From: Chthonomonadales bacterium
GTDB lineage: Bacteria > Armatimonadota > Chthonomonadetes > Chthonomonadales > Chthonomonadaceae
DNA: 27,815 bases
Direction of reading: 5' to 3'
NCBI GenBank assembly: GCA_038217285.1
Contig: JBBQPO010000048.1
Location: 1 to 27,815 of the forward strand
Made by a program: the position numbers and the translations under genes. The notes beneath the pieces are model-generated. The model was given only the letters and a program-made list of their open reading frames with translations. It was not told where the DNA came from and did not search any database. Position 1 is the first letter of the stretch; every line of letters begins with the position of its first letter. Positions 1 through 9,198 of the stretch are shown here, piece after piece.

Positions 1-2
1 TC

Positions 3-2564
3 CCGCCCGGATTTACCATTACCACCGCGACCTGTAATGAATACTACACGGCCGGGAAGGTACTGCCCGCTGGTCTGATGTCCGACGTGCATGCCGCTGT
101 CGAAGCGGTCGAGAAGAAGATGGGACGCACCTTCGGCGGCAGCCAGAAGCCGCTGCTGGTTTCGGTCCGCTCCGGCGCGAAGTTCTCCATGCCGGGAATG
201 ATGGACACCGTCCTGAACCTTGGCCTCAATGAAACAACCATCCAGGCGCTGATCGCCGAGACAGGCAACCCCCGATTCGTCTATGACGCCTATCGCCGGT
301 TCATCATGATGCTCTCCGATGTCGCGTTTGGCCTCTCCAAGCACGACTTTGACAACCATATTTTCCAGGAGTACAAGCATAAGGTCGGCGCGACCAACGA
401 CCTGGACCTGACCGGTGACGACCTCAAAGCCGTCTGCGCGCTCTTCCTGGAGCATGTCCGCTCCCATGCGGGCCGCGAGTTCCCGTCGGATCCCTTCGAG
501 CAGTTGAGCCTCGCCGTCGAAGCGGTGTTCAAATCGTGGAATACAGATCGCGCCATAGTCTACCGCCGGACGGAGAAGATACCGGACGACATCGGCACCG
601 CCGTCAATATCCAGGCCATGGTCTACGGCAACGCCGGAGATGACTGCGGTACAGGCGTTGCCTTTACCCGCGACCCGAGCACGGGCGAGCGGGCGATGTT
701 CGGCGAATACCTGATGAATGCGCAGGGCGAGGACGTGGTCGCGGGTGTGCGCACTCCCGTTCCGATCTCCGAACTCCAGAAGCAGAACCCGGCGGTCTAC
801 ACCGAGTTCATCGATATGTCGAACACGCTGGAGAATCATTTCAAGGACATGCAGGATCTGGAGTTCACCATCGAGCATGGCAAACTCTATATGCTGCAGT
901 GCCGTGTCGGCAAGCGCACCGGCCCTGCGGCGGTTCAGATCGCGGTGGACATGGTACGCGAAGGTCTGATCTCCGAGCGAGAAGCGGTCGGTCGTGTGAC
1001 CGGCTCCCACGTGGACCAACTGCTCCATCCGCGCATCGACCCGGACGCTCTGGCAACAGCGACGGTCTTCGCGACCGGCCTGGCGGCTTCGCCCGGCGCT
1101 GCGGTCGGTAAGGTCGTCTTCGATGCCAATACGGCGGCGGAGCGCGGCGTTCATGGCGGAGCAGGCGAGAAGGTGCTGCTGGTGCGTGATGAGACGAACC
1201 CGGACGACGTACACGGTATGCTGGCGGCGCAGGGCGTCCTGACCGCACGCGGCGGCAAGACCTCCCATGCGGCGGTCGTGGCCCGCGGCTTCGGCATCCC
1301 CTGCGTGGCGGGTGCGGAGAGTCTCAGAGTCAACGCGACCGCGAAGACCGTGACGGTCGGCGACATCGTGGTGCGCGAAGGCGACATCATCACGATGGAC
1401 GGCTCGACGGGCAATGTCTACGTGGGTGAACTGAAACTGATCGACCCGGAAGTCAGCGGCGCCTTCAGCGAGCTGATGGTCTGGGCAGATGGCATCCGAA
1501 CCCTGAAGGTACGCACCAATGCCGACAATCCCGATGACGCGCGGAAGGCCATCGAACTGGGCGCGGAGGGGATTGGCCTCTGCCGCACCGAGCACATGTT
1601 CTTCGAACCGGATCGCCTGCCGATCGTGCAGGAGATGATCCTGGCGAAGGACGAGGCCACCCGGCAGAATGCGCTCGACCGCCTGCTGCCGATGCAGCAG
1701 AAGGATTTCGAAGGCATCTTCGAGGTCATGGCGGGCAAGCCCGTCACGGTGCGTCTGATCGATCCGCCCCTGCATGAGTTCCTGCCTTCCCACGATAAAC
1801 TGCTCGTCGAGGTGACGGAACTGCGCATCCGAGGCAACAACCCGGAAGAGCTTCACAAAAAGGAAGTTCTGATGGAGGCGGTCGAGGGGATGCGCGAAGC
1901 CAACCCGATGATGGGCCTGCGCGGCTGCCGACTCTCCATCGTCTTCCCCGGCATCGTCGAGATGCAGGTTCGGGCGATCCTCCAGGCGGCAGCGGTGGTG
2001 CAGAAATCCGGCAAGGATGTGCATCCGGAGATCATGATCCCGCTTGTCGGCCATGTCAACGAGTTGAAGACGGTGCAGACGCAACTGGAAGCGGTCGCCA
2101 AGAAGGTGGTCGCGGAGCAGAACGTCGCGATCCCGTACATGTTCGGAACCATGATCGAAATTCCGCGGGCATGTCTCGTCGCGGACCAACTGGCGGAGCT
2201 GGCGACGTTCTTCTCGTTCGGAACCAACGACCTGACGCAGATGACCTTCGGCTTCTCGCGCGACGATGCGAGCAAGTTCCTGATCCCCTACGTTGAGAAG
2301 AAGATCCTGCCGTCCGATCCCTTCGACACCATCGAACAGGAAGGCCTCGGCAAGCTGATGAAGATGGCGGTCGATAGCGCCAAGGCCGTTCGCCCCGACA
2401 TCAAACTGGGCATCTGCGGGGAGCACGGCGGCGAGCCGGAGAGCGTGAAGTTCTGCCATAAACTCGGCCTGAACTACGTCTCCTGTTCCCCGTTCCGCGT
2501 TCCCATCGCCCGCCTCGCCGCCGCCCAGGCTGCGATCAACGACGGCAAAGAGCGCGACAAGTAA
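3..2564 (+). CDS. ppdK: Pyruvate, phosphate dikinase (5'-truncated by window edge)
   Basis: Frame is open from the window start (PPGFTITT...). Motifs: LLVSVRSGA, MPGMMDTVLNLG, phospho-His GGKTSHAAVVAR, GIGLCRTEHMF, FSFGTNDLTQ, GICGEHGG. Confidence 0.98.
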   Translation, partial: PPGFTITTATCNEYYTAGKVLPAGLMSDVHAAVEAVEKKMGRTFGGSQKPLLVSVRSGAKFSMPGMMDTVLNLGLNETTIQALIAETGNPRFVYDAYRRFIMMLSDVAFGLSKHDFDNHIFQEYKHKVGATNDLDLTGDDLKAVCALFLEHVRSHAGREFPSDPFEQLSLAVEAVFKSWNTDRAIVYRRTEKIPDDIGTAVNIQAMVYGNAGDDCGTGVAFTRDPSTGERAMFGEYLMNAQGEDVVAGVRTPVPISELQKQNPAVYTEFIDMSNTLENHFKDMQDLEFTIEHGKLYMLQCRVGKRTGPAAVQIAVDMVREGLISEREAVGRVTGSHVDQLLHPRIDPDALATATVFATGLAASPGAAVGKVVFDANTAAERGVHGGAGEKVLLVRDETNPDDVHGMLAAQGVLTARGGKTSHAAVVARGFGIPCVAGAESLRVNATAKTVTVGDIVVREGDIITMDGSTGNVYVGELKLIDPEVSGAFSELMVWADGIRTLKVRTNADNPDDARKAIELGAEGIGLCRTEHMFFEPDRLPIVQEMILAKDEATRQNALDRLLPMQQKDFEGIFEVMAGKPVTVRLIDPPLHEFLPSHDKLLVEVTELRIRGNNPEELHKKEVLMEAVEGMREANPMMGLRGCRLSIVFPGIVEMQVRAILQAAAVVQKSGKDVHPEIMIPLVGHVNELKTVQTQLEAVAKKVVAEQNVAIPYMFGTMIEIPRACLVADQLAELATFFSFGTNDLTQMTFGFSRDDASKFLIPYVEKKILPSDPFDTIEQEGLGKLMKMAVDSAKAVRPDIKLGICGEHGGEPESVKFCHKLGLNYVSCSPFRVPIARLAAAQAAINDGKERDK

Positions 2565-2587
2565 GTCCGCATACGCACAGCGAAATG

Positions 2588-2625
2588 AGCAGGGGGGAGA
2601 CAACTCCTCCCTGCTTATTTCATTT
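2588..2625 (+). terminator. Intrinsic terminator of ppdK
   Basis: 12-bp stem AGCAGGGGGGAG/CTCCTCCCTGCT (one G-U), 4-nt loop, then TATTTCATTT; 23 nt after the ppdK stop. Confidence 0.8.
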
Positions 2626-2706
2626 GGGTGTGTTCCATTTGGATTGACGGCGATCTTAGCACACGCGAACGCTTGACGTCTGTTCCAAACGAAATGGAAC
2701 GCACCC
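2626..2706. mobile_element. 81-bp MITE-like element with 15-bp terminal inverted repeats
   Basis: GGGTGTGTTCCATTT (2626-2640) and AAATGGAACGCACCC (2692-2706) are 14/15 inverted matches; the right end is followed by TA. Confidence 0.45.
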
Positions 2707-2777
2707 TATTCAATTGCATCTCAATCGCACCTTCCTGTGTGCGGTCTGTCTTGTTCGTTAGACTTGTCGTGTCGAGC

Positions 2778-3024
2778 AACCTCCTCTTCGCGCATCACTC
2801 CCCGCCCCTCAAGGAGCGGTCTGAGGCGTTAAGCCCCATAAATGGGACTGGCTCCCACGGGAGCGGAGGCGAATGCGCAAGGAATCAGGGTGTCAGCTAT
2901 CCCTCATGGAGGGATTGGCTCTCCCTTACAGCCTTCCCATGCCCATTTATGGGCCTTAACGTTCCCAACAGGCCGCCCCTTGAGGGGCGGCTTAAGGGAC
3001 AAAGTAAGGTGTGCGGTCAGAGAC
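2778..3024 (+). repeat. REPIN/MITE-like palindromic dispersed repeat, copy A
   Basis: Colinear with the reverse complement of 26945-27190. Imperfect inverted arms of ~45-49 bp (2802-2846 and 2942-2990), each made of two hairpins (CCGCCCCTCAAGGAGCGG, AGCCCCATAAATGGGACT; GCCCATTTATGGGC, GCCGCCCCTTGAGGGGCGGC). Confidence 0.9.
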
Positions 3025-3106
3025 TTTTTCGGCCATTCTCAGTCATCCAAATGATTGCTATTGCGCGTAATGTAGTTCAAGAGAAGTGGCAAAACGACCA
3101 ACCCAA

Positions 3107-3143
3107 CAATAATCATTATAAACAGATCGAATGCTGCTGACAA
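3107..3143 (-). promoter_or_regulatory. Orphan sigma70-type promoter with overlapping Fur/PerR-like box
   Basis: Minus strand reads TTGTCA (3143-3138), 17 nt, TATAAT (3120-3115). TTATAATGATTATTG (3121-3107) matches the PerR consensus TTATAATnATTATAA at 12/14. Confidence 0.55.
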
Positions 3144-3190
3144 TGGCCTATCCTTTCGGGACCGAAAACAGACGGCGGGTCAAGTCCTCA

Positions 3191-4030
3191 TCATCCGAAT
3201 CGGCCTTCGACATAGTCGTCTGTGCGCTTGTCGCGGGGACTGCCGAATATCTGCGTGGTATCGCCGGCTTCGACCATGTCGCCTTTGAGAAAGAAGGCGG
3301 CTCGCTCGGCGACCCGCTGAGCCTGCTGCATATTGTGTGTGACGATGACGATAGTATACTTCGTCTTCAACTGCTCCATCAACTCTTCGATGCGGAGCGT
3401 GGAGTTCGGATCGAGGGCGGAACAGGGTTCGTCCATCAAGACGACTTCCGGTTCAACGGCGAGCACTCTGGCAATGCAGAGCCGCTGTTGCTGGCCACCG
3501 GACAGATCGAAAGCCGACTTGTTCAGCACGTCCTTGACCTCATCCCACAGAACGCCCTGCCTTAAACTCTTCTCGACAATCTCATCAAGGCGCTTCTTAT
3601 TGCGTTCGCCATGTAGTTTCGGCCCGTAGGCGACATTCTCCCAGATGCTCATCGGGAACGGGTTGGGGCGCTGAAACACCATGCCGACCCGTTTGCGGAG
3701 ATGCACCACATCGACCTTCTTGCCGTAGATGTCGGCGCCGTCCAGTTTGACCGAGCCTTCCACCTTGATGTCCGGGTAGAGGTCGTTCATGCGGTTGAGG
3801 CAGCGTAGAAATGTCGATTTACCGCAGCCGGACGGCCCAATGAGCGCCGTCACCTGGTGATTGTACATATCCAGGGTTACTTTTTTGAGGGCATGAAACT
3901 TCCCGTAGTAGAAATCCAGATTCTTGACGGCGATTCGCACATCCGAGTCGCCCTTTTCATGGGGATGTTTCTTCGGGGAGGGCCCCGACTCTTTCCCGCC
4001 TACGTCTGTCCCATTTGGACCGGTTTTCAC
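3191..4030 (-). CDS. pstB: Phosphate ABC transporter ATP-binding protein
   Basis: [65 protein letters not shown]-terminal GRFG. GTG start with upstream AAAGGTG. Confidence 0.97.
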   Translation of the reverse strand: MKTGPNGTDVGGKESGPSPKKHPHEKGDSDVRIAVKNLDFYYGKFHALKKVTLDMYNHQVTALIGPSGCGKSTFLRCLNRMNDLYPDIKVEGSVKLDGADIYGKKVDVVHLRKRVGMVFQRPNPFPMSIWENVAYGPKLHGERNKKRLDEIVEKSLRQGVLWDEVKDVLNKSAFDLSGGQQQRLCIARVLAVEPEVVLMDEPCSALDPNSTLRIEELMEQLKTKYTIVIVTHNMQQAQRVAERAAFFLKGDMVEAGDTTQIFGSPRDKRTDDYVEGRFG

Positions 4031-4117
4031 GCTGTTTCACCTTTCGTCCTGCTCTGTTTGGCGCTCTGTGCGCCTCCGTAAAGGACGGTTACGTTATCGA
4101 AAAGTCTGCGTTGCTAA

Positions 4118-6226
4118 CTAGCTTGCGACTCCCATGCGATTACGGGTCAGGAAGCGCGCCACGATATTCAGACTGAGAACCATCACGACGAGTACCAGCG
4201 CCACGCCCCACGACTGCTTTAGGGCAAGGTCCGACGGGGCATCGCGCAACACATAGATCTGCACCGGTAAGGAAGCCAGTTGCCCATGTGGATTGGTGTT
4301 CCACAAGGAGCTGTTGCACCCGACCATCAGCAGGGGAGCCGTCTCACCGGCGATACGGGCCACCGCCAGCAGGATACCGGTCACGATACCGCTCTTCGCG
4401 GCGGGAAGCACGATCTTCAATATAGTACGAAGTTGAGTCGCTCCGAGTGCCAGCGAGGCTTCGCGAAGGGCCTGCGGCACCAGGCGCACGAGCTCTTCCG
4501 TCGTCCGCATCACGGTCGGAATCATCATGATGCCGAGTGCAAACCCACCGGCGTAGCCGAAGTTTTCGTGCGAGGGATTGAAGCGCGACAGGATGATCAC
4601 CTGGTATGCGAAGATACCGATGACGATCGAGGGAACGCCGTTGAGTAGATCGGTGGCGAACCGGATCCAGAAGCCGAGTTTGTTGTTACCGAACTCGGAC
4701 AGGAAGATACCACCCATCACACCAATGGGGATGCCGAGCGTCGATGCCATGGCGATAAACAGGCCCGTTCCCGCGATGGCATGGAGCATTCCGCCCTTGT
4801 CGGGATTGATCGGGTTCGGCAATTTGAAGAACTGCGCGTTCACCGAAGAAAAGCCCTCTTTCGCCACGAAGTAGAACAGGACCAGGAGTGCAGTACAGCC
4901 TATTATGGTGGCTGCCCCGCACATCGTCAGGGCGAACGTGTTACAGAACTGCCTCCACCGAACGAAGAAAGGTTTGCCTGGTATATAACGGTTGAAGCTG
5001 GAGAGACCGGCAATAAATGCCGTTAGGAGGAATGCGCCGCTGAAAAAGCCTCCTACTCCGCGAGTGCTGAAATCGTACTTCATCTGATAGAGAAGCGTGC
5101 CACTGAACAGCACGATGCCGATCCATCGAATCGACCCGGTGATTGCAGATTTTGCTTTGATACTGAACTCACTGGAGGTTCCTCCTGAGCGCAAAGCCGT
5201 CAGCCAGACGAGGCCTCGGGCTGCGCCATTGAGTAAGATCGTGACGGCAAAGAGGGTGAGCGCGACCTGTGTGAGCGCGGAGATGTGCAGCGGGGAGTTC
5301 GGGCTGGGATACTGGTCCGCAAGGATCGACGTCATCGTGTAGCCGGGCCGGAACAGAGAAAAACTGGAGGCGTCGTGGAGTTTCGGAATACTGACCTTGC
5401 TGCCGATGACGATGGTAACAGCCATTGTCTCCCCGATGGCACGCCCGAGGCCGAGCATGATAGCGCCGATGATGCCGCCGCTTGCATACCGAAGGACGAC
5501 CGTCTTGATGCCCTCCCATTTCGTAGCGCCCATGCCGTAAGCGGCTTCGCGTTGGGCCATCGGTACCGTTCGCAGCACATCCCGCGACACAGCCGTGATG
5601 AACGGCAGGATCATCAGCGTAAGGATGAGACCGGCGGAGAGAAAACTGAGGCCGGAACCTGAGTCGTCGGCCGTCATAAAAAGCGGAATGTGACCGAGGC
5701 TGTTATGGAGCCACTTCTCGCCGTGAGACTGCATTAAGGGGACAAGATAGAGCAGCGCCCAGAAGCCGTACACGATGCTGGGGACAGCGGCGAGCATCTC
5801 GATAAGAAAGGAGAGCGGCGTACTGACCCAGCGAGGAGCGATCTCGGCCAGGAAAATCGCGGCTCCGACTCCTATAGGCACCGCCAGAATCAGGGCAATC
5901 GTGGAGGTGACCAGAGTTCCGTAGATGAACGGGAGTACGCCGTAGACGTCACCGATCAGTTTGTCGGTATCGGCAGGAACGGGATCCCAGGTAGTCATCT
6001 TCAGGAACGAGAAGCCGGTATGCGTGAGATTGGCGCGGGAGGCTAGAAACAGTGTGGCCGCGATACCGAGAATGAAAAGTACCGTGGTGAGGGCGAAAAT
6101 CAACGTGAGGTTACGAAAAATCCAGTCCCCGAGTCCCGCACCGGGGCCGCCGGTCAAATTACTCGGAGTCGGATTTTCTTTTTCGACGGGTACGAGAGAC
6201 GGACTACCCGAAAGTGGTTGTGCCAT
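4118..6226 (-). CDS. pstCA: Fused phosphate ABC transporter permease PstC-PstA
   Basis: 702-aa ORF with two permease units. PstC-like unit: LAAVPSIVYGFW, REAAYGMGAT, GRAIGETMAV. PstA-like unit: LNGVPSIVIGIF, REASLALGAT, ARIAGETAPLL. Confidence 0.93.
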   Translation of the reverse strand: MAQPLSGSPSLVPVEKENPTPSNLTGGPGAGLGDWIFRNLTLIFALTTVLFILGIAATLFLASRANLTHTGFSFLKMTTWDPVPADTDKLIGDVYGVLPFIYGTLVTSTIALILAVPIGVGAAIFLAEIAPRWVSTPLSFLIEMLAAVPSIVYGFWALLYLVPLMQSHGEKWLHNSLGHIPLFMTADDSGSGLSFLSAGLILTLMILPFITAVSRDVLRTVPMAQREAAYGMGATKWEGIKTVVLRYASGGIIGAIMLGLGRAIGETMAVTIVIGSKVSIPKLHDASSFSLFRPGYTMTSILADQYPSPNSPLHISALTQVALTLFAVTILLNGAARGLVWLTALRSGGTSSEFSIKAKSAITGSIRWIGIVLFSGTLLYQMKYDFSTRGVGGFFSGAFLLTAFIAGLSSFNRYIPGKPFFVRWRQFCNTFALTMCGAATIIGCTALLVLFYFVAKEGFSSVNAQFFKLPNPINPDKGGMLHAIAGTGLFIAMASTLGIPIGVMGGIFLSEFGNNKLGFWIRFATDLLNGVPSIVIGIFAYQVIILSRFNPSHENFGYAGGFALGIMMIPTVMRTTEELVRLVPQALREASLALGATQLRTILKIVLPAAKSGIVTGILLAVARIAGETAPLLMVGCNSSLWNTNPHGQLASLPVQIYVLRDAPSDLALKQSWGVALVLVVMVLSLNIVARFLTRNRMGVAS

Positions 6227-6291
6227 GTGGAGAGATTATCCCGTTGACTGTCTGGCTGGAATTTGGATTGGGTTCGGTACAGTCGGTGGTA

Positions 6292-6339
6292 CGCATCTCG
6301 TCTGCATAGGTTCGCAAACCCATGCAGACGAGCGATGCG
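6292..6339 (-). other. Stable stem-loop just downstream of pstS (mRNA stabiliser/attenuator)
   Basis: CTCGTCTGCAT (6297-6307) and ATGCAGACGAG (6322-6332) form a perfect 11-bp stem, extended by CGCAT/ATGCG. Confidence 0.6.
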
Positions 6340-6347
6340 GATCGAAA

Positions 6348-7385
6348 CTATTTGATGACCGCGCCCGGAACGGACTTGATGTTCGCGATGTTGATTTTGA
6401 CGAGAGCCGCCGGCAGCGGTGCATAGAAGAGCGTTTTCGCTTCTTCCTGCACTTTAGCGGACATCGCCCAACTCCACAGCGCCGTAATGTCTCCATTCTT
6501 GGGTCCAGGTGTGCGATAGATAATGATGTAGGTGACGCTGCAGATCGGATAGCTGTTTGCACCTTTCGCATCGACCGTCGGCGTCTTGACGTTACGTGCC
6601 AACTCCGTCACATACTCGTTGATCGCGGCGCTCGTGGAGGCGACCGTCGGCTCGATGAACTTGCCAGCGCGGTTCTTGACGTTGCCGTAGGGCATTTTCT
6701 GGTTGATCGCGTAGGCGAGTTCGACGTAGCCCACGGCCCCCGGAGTGCGCCGCACCAGCGACTCGACGCCTTGATTGCCTTTACCGCCGAGACCAACGGG
6801 CCAGTTTACCGACTTTCCGGCGCCTGGACCGGCAGCCCAGTCACTATTGGCCTTTTTGAGATAGTTGGTAAAGATGTAGGTCGTTCCCGACCCATCCGTC
6901 CGGTGAACCGGCTGAATCGCGACATCGGGTATGTTTTTGCCCGGATTGATTGCCCGGATGCGTGGATCACCCCAGGTTTTGATCTTTCCGAGGAAGATAT
7001 CGCTGATGACATCTGCCGTGAACTGAAGGCCATTGCCGATGCCGGGCAGATTGTAACTGAGAACCACTGCGCCACCTACGGTCGGAATGTGAATGACCTG
7101 ACCCGGCATCGCAGCCTCTTCTGCTGCGGACAGTGGAGCGTCACTGGCTCCGAAGTCGACCGTCTTATTCTTGATGGCGTTGTAGCCTGCGCCGGAACCT
7201 ATTGCCTGATAGTCTACGGACTTGCCGGTCTGCTGTTGGAATTCGGCAAACCATTTCATATAGATCGGAGCCGGGAACGTAGCTCCTGCGCCCCGAATCT
7301 GCGCGGACGCGCCGGTCGGCGCGAGGGCAGCGATCGCCAGCGTCGCGACCGTCGCGAGCTTACCCCATTTATATGTCTGTTTCAT
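6348..7385 (-). CDS. pstS: Phosphate ABC transporter substrate-binding protein
   Basis: Signal peptide, then GAGATFPAPIY, IGSGAG, DFGASDAPL, RTDGSGTT, GYVELAYA, YPI. Start moved to ATG 7385, which has a GAGGAG SD. Confidence 0.96.
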   Translation of the reverse strand: MKQTYKWGKLATVATLAIAALAPTGASAQIRGAGATFPAPIYMKWFAEFQQQTGKSVDYQAIGSGAGYNAIKNKTVDFGASDAPLSAAEEAAMPGQVIHIPTVGGAVVLSYNLPGIGNGLQFTADVISDIFLGKIKTWGDPRIRAINPGKNIPDVAIQPVHRTDGSGTTYIFTNYLKKANSDWAAGPGAGKSVNWPVGLGGKGNQGVESLVRRTPGAVGYVELAYAINQKMPYGNVKNRAGKFIEPTVASTSAAINEYVTELARNVKTPTVDAKGANSYPICSVTYIIIYRTPGPKNGDITALWSWAMSAKVQEEAKTLFYAPLPAALVKINIANIKSVPGAVIK

Positions 7386-7408
7386 GAAATTCTCCTCAGT
7401 CGTAAGGC

Positions 7409-7452
7409 GCGCTCTGTGGGGAGGCGAGCAGTCTCGGCTTCTTACAGAGCGC
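7409..7452 (-). other. Intergenic stem-loop between porin gene and pstS
   Basis: GCGCTCTGT/ACAGAGCGC 9-bp outer stem with an inner CGAG/CTCG stem. Confidence 0.45.
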
Positions 7453-7470
7453 ATCCGTTTAGGTACAAAC

Positions 7471-9093
7471 TCAGAACGCTGTCTGGAAGTTGGACAGCAG
7501 GATCTGCCGGCGTGACCCGAAGAAGGCATATCCGTTGCCCTGCGTGTCTACATCGATGTAGTTGAGCTGAATTTTCGAGTTGTGGCCACGCAAGAAGTAG
7601 TTGACGCCCAGCGTGTATTCGCGCAGATTATGGTGGGAGATGGCGAACGTCTGGTTTGTCGCGAGGCCGGTCGTCGTGCCGCCGTGCACCGCAGGATCCC
7701 ATTCGTCATATCGCGCCACAAACTGTACGCGTTTGTTGAGGGTATGGGCATAGAGCGCATAGCCACCCAGTCCAATGGTGCGCGTGGCAGCGCCCGCGCC
7801 CTGATCGAGCGTATAGGCGCCTTCGGCCTCAAAGGTATGCGGGCCGCTCTCCCACTTGATCGTCGCCCCGGCTCGGTCCCGTTTGGCGCGCGGCCGATAG
7901 TCGTCGATGTTGGAGCCGCCCCACAGGCCAAGGGTCAGGTGGCGGATACCCGTAAAGTAGGCGTTGGCATCGAGGAACTTGTTGCGGTCGTTATCGACGG
8001 CGCTCTGCGTTACGCCGTTGTCGTCCCAGATGCCGACCATCGCACTGGCCTTCGCGCCGCTATAGCGCAGGACGGCGCCTACATCACGGATGTCGCCGAC
8101 CCGACCGACGGTGGTCGGAAGCCCGTTCATGATCGAACGCTCGATGGTCAGCAGTTGCGAGGAGGAGCGCGGTCCCTCTTCACTGAGGCCTGTCTTCTGT
8201 TGACCGATTTCGGCGCGGAAGCGGGGGAAGAGGTTATAGCCGACCCAGAGATCCTGCAGGACGGACGCGTTGCCGGTACCGGTTTTGGCGAGATCGAACA
8301 CCGCGCGGAAGTCCGCCGCTTTGGTGATGCTGCCCGTCACGTTGATCTCGCCGCGTCGGAGGCGGAACGTATCGCCCACGCCGCCGCCGAACGTGCGTCC
8401 GGGGGGCGTGGCGCTGAAGTTGCCCGACGGATTGCCGCCGAGCGTGTTGCCGAACGGAGCGCCGTACCATGCTTGCAGGAGGCCGCCGACCGACAGCTTC
8501 TCGATGCCGTTGTTCATGCCAACTTTTTTGGCCAGTTGCGCATTCGTGGCGTTTTTAAGCTCGGTGACGTTCTCCAGGGCCTGATCGACCGCTGTCGAGG
8601 TGTCCTTGATGCTTTTTTCGTTCGCCGTGATCCGTCCATCGAAGCCGTTGACCTTGTTGGTCAGCGCCCCGACCTGTTGTTTCAAAGCGTCGATATCGTC
8701 TTTCGCCTTGATCAGATCCGTGCCGATGACTAGCAGTTCCTTCTTGAAATCGTCTACGAGCGAACGGATCTCGCCGACACTGGCCTTCAGCGTATCGAGG
8801 TCGGCCTGGCTCGCCCCGGTCGCGCCGGGTTTCTGCTGCGCGAGCAGATCGTCCATACGAGTGATGATTCGCTCGATGATGGTCGCCATCTCATAACGGG
8901 AGAGCGTGCGGTTGCCGAGGAAATTGTTGTCCGGCGGATAGCCTTTGATCAGGCCCTTCATTGCCAGGTCTTTCACGGCGGCGTAGGCCCAGTGGGTAGG
9001 GGGAACGTCTTTGCCCGGCTCTTGCGCCATCGCCAGGGTGGGGAGAGATAGTAGCGAAAGTCCGACACATGTTACTTTCCAGGGGGTGTTCAT
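7471..9093 (-). CDS. SLH-domain outer-membrane porin with coiled-coil stalk, OprO/OprP-like barrel
   Basis: Signal peptide; SLH motif DVPPTHWAY..V..L...G.IKGYP....F.G.R.LSRYEMA; heptad-rich linker; barrel motifs FRLRR, GQQK, SSSQLLTIERS, TLGVNYF..GHNSKIQLNY; C-terminal Phe. First gene of the pst operon. Confidence 0.8.
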   Translation of the reverse strand: MNTPWKVTCVGLSLLSLPTLAMAQEPGKDVPPTHWAYAAVKDLAMKGLIKGYPPDNNFLGNRTLSRYEMATIIERIITRMDDLLAQQKPGATGASQADLDTLKASVGEIRSLVDDFKKELLVIGTDLIKAKDDIDALKQQVGALTNKVNGFDGRITANEKSIKDTSTAVDQALENVTELKNATNAQLAKKVGMNNGIEKLSVGGLLQAWYGAPFGNTLGGNPSGNFSATPPGRTFGGGVGDTFRLRRGEINVTGSITKAADFRAVFDLAKTGTGNASVLQDLWVGYNLFPRFRAEIGQQKTGLSEEGPRSSSQLLTIERSIMNGLPTTVGRVGDIRDVGAVLRYSGAKASAMVGIWDDNGVTQSAVDNDRNKFLDANAYFTGIRHLTLGLWGGSNIDDYRPRAKRDRAGATIKWESGPHTFEAEGAYTLDQGAGAATRTIGLGGYALYAHTLNKRVQFVARYDEWDPAVHGGTTTGLATNQTFAISHHNLREYTLGVNYFLRGHNSKIQLNYIDVDTQGNGYAFFGSRRQILLSNFQTAF

Positions 9094-9198
9094 CAGGTCT
9101 AAATTGCGCCTTTCTCGTCGAGAGATACTTCAGGATAATATAGGTATTGCCGGGATGTCTCTTCATGAAACAAAACTTGTGCCATACGAAACACCCGG

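Noticed and set aside
2628-3140. 170-aa plus-strand ORF (and nested 2842-3054)
   Set aside because: Runs through the MITE-like and REPIN-like elements, starts right after a terminator, and has no recognisable motifs or SD.
3145-3190. Absence of phoU after pstB
   Set aside because: phoU is often encoded elsewhere; uninformative from one window.
5961-8733. Long plus-strand ORFs (534 aa, 383 aa)
   Set aside because: Antisense shadows of pstS and the porin gene, expected from GC-rich codon bias.
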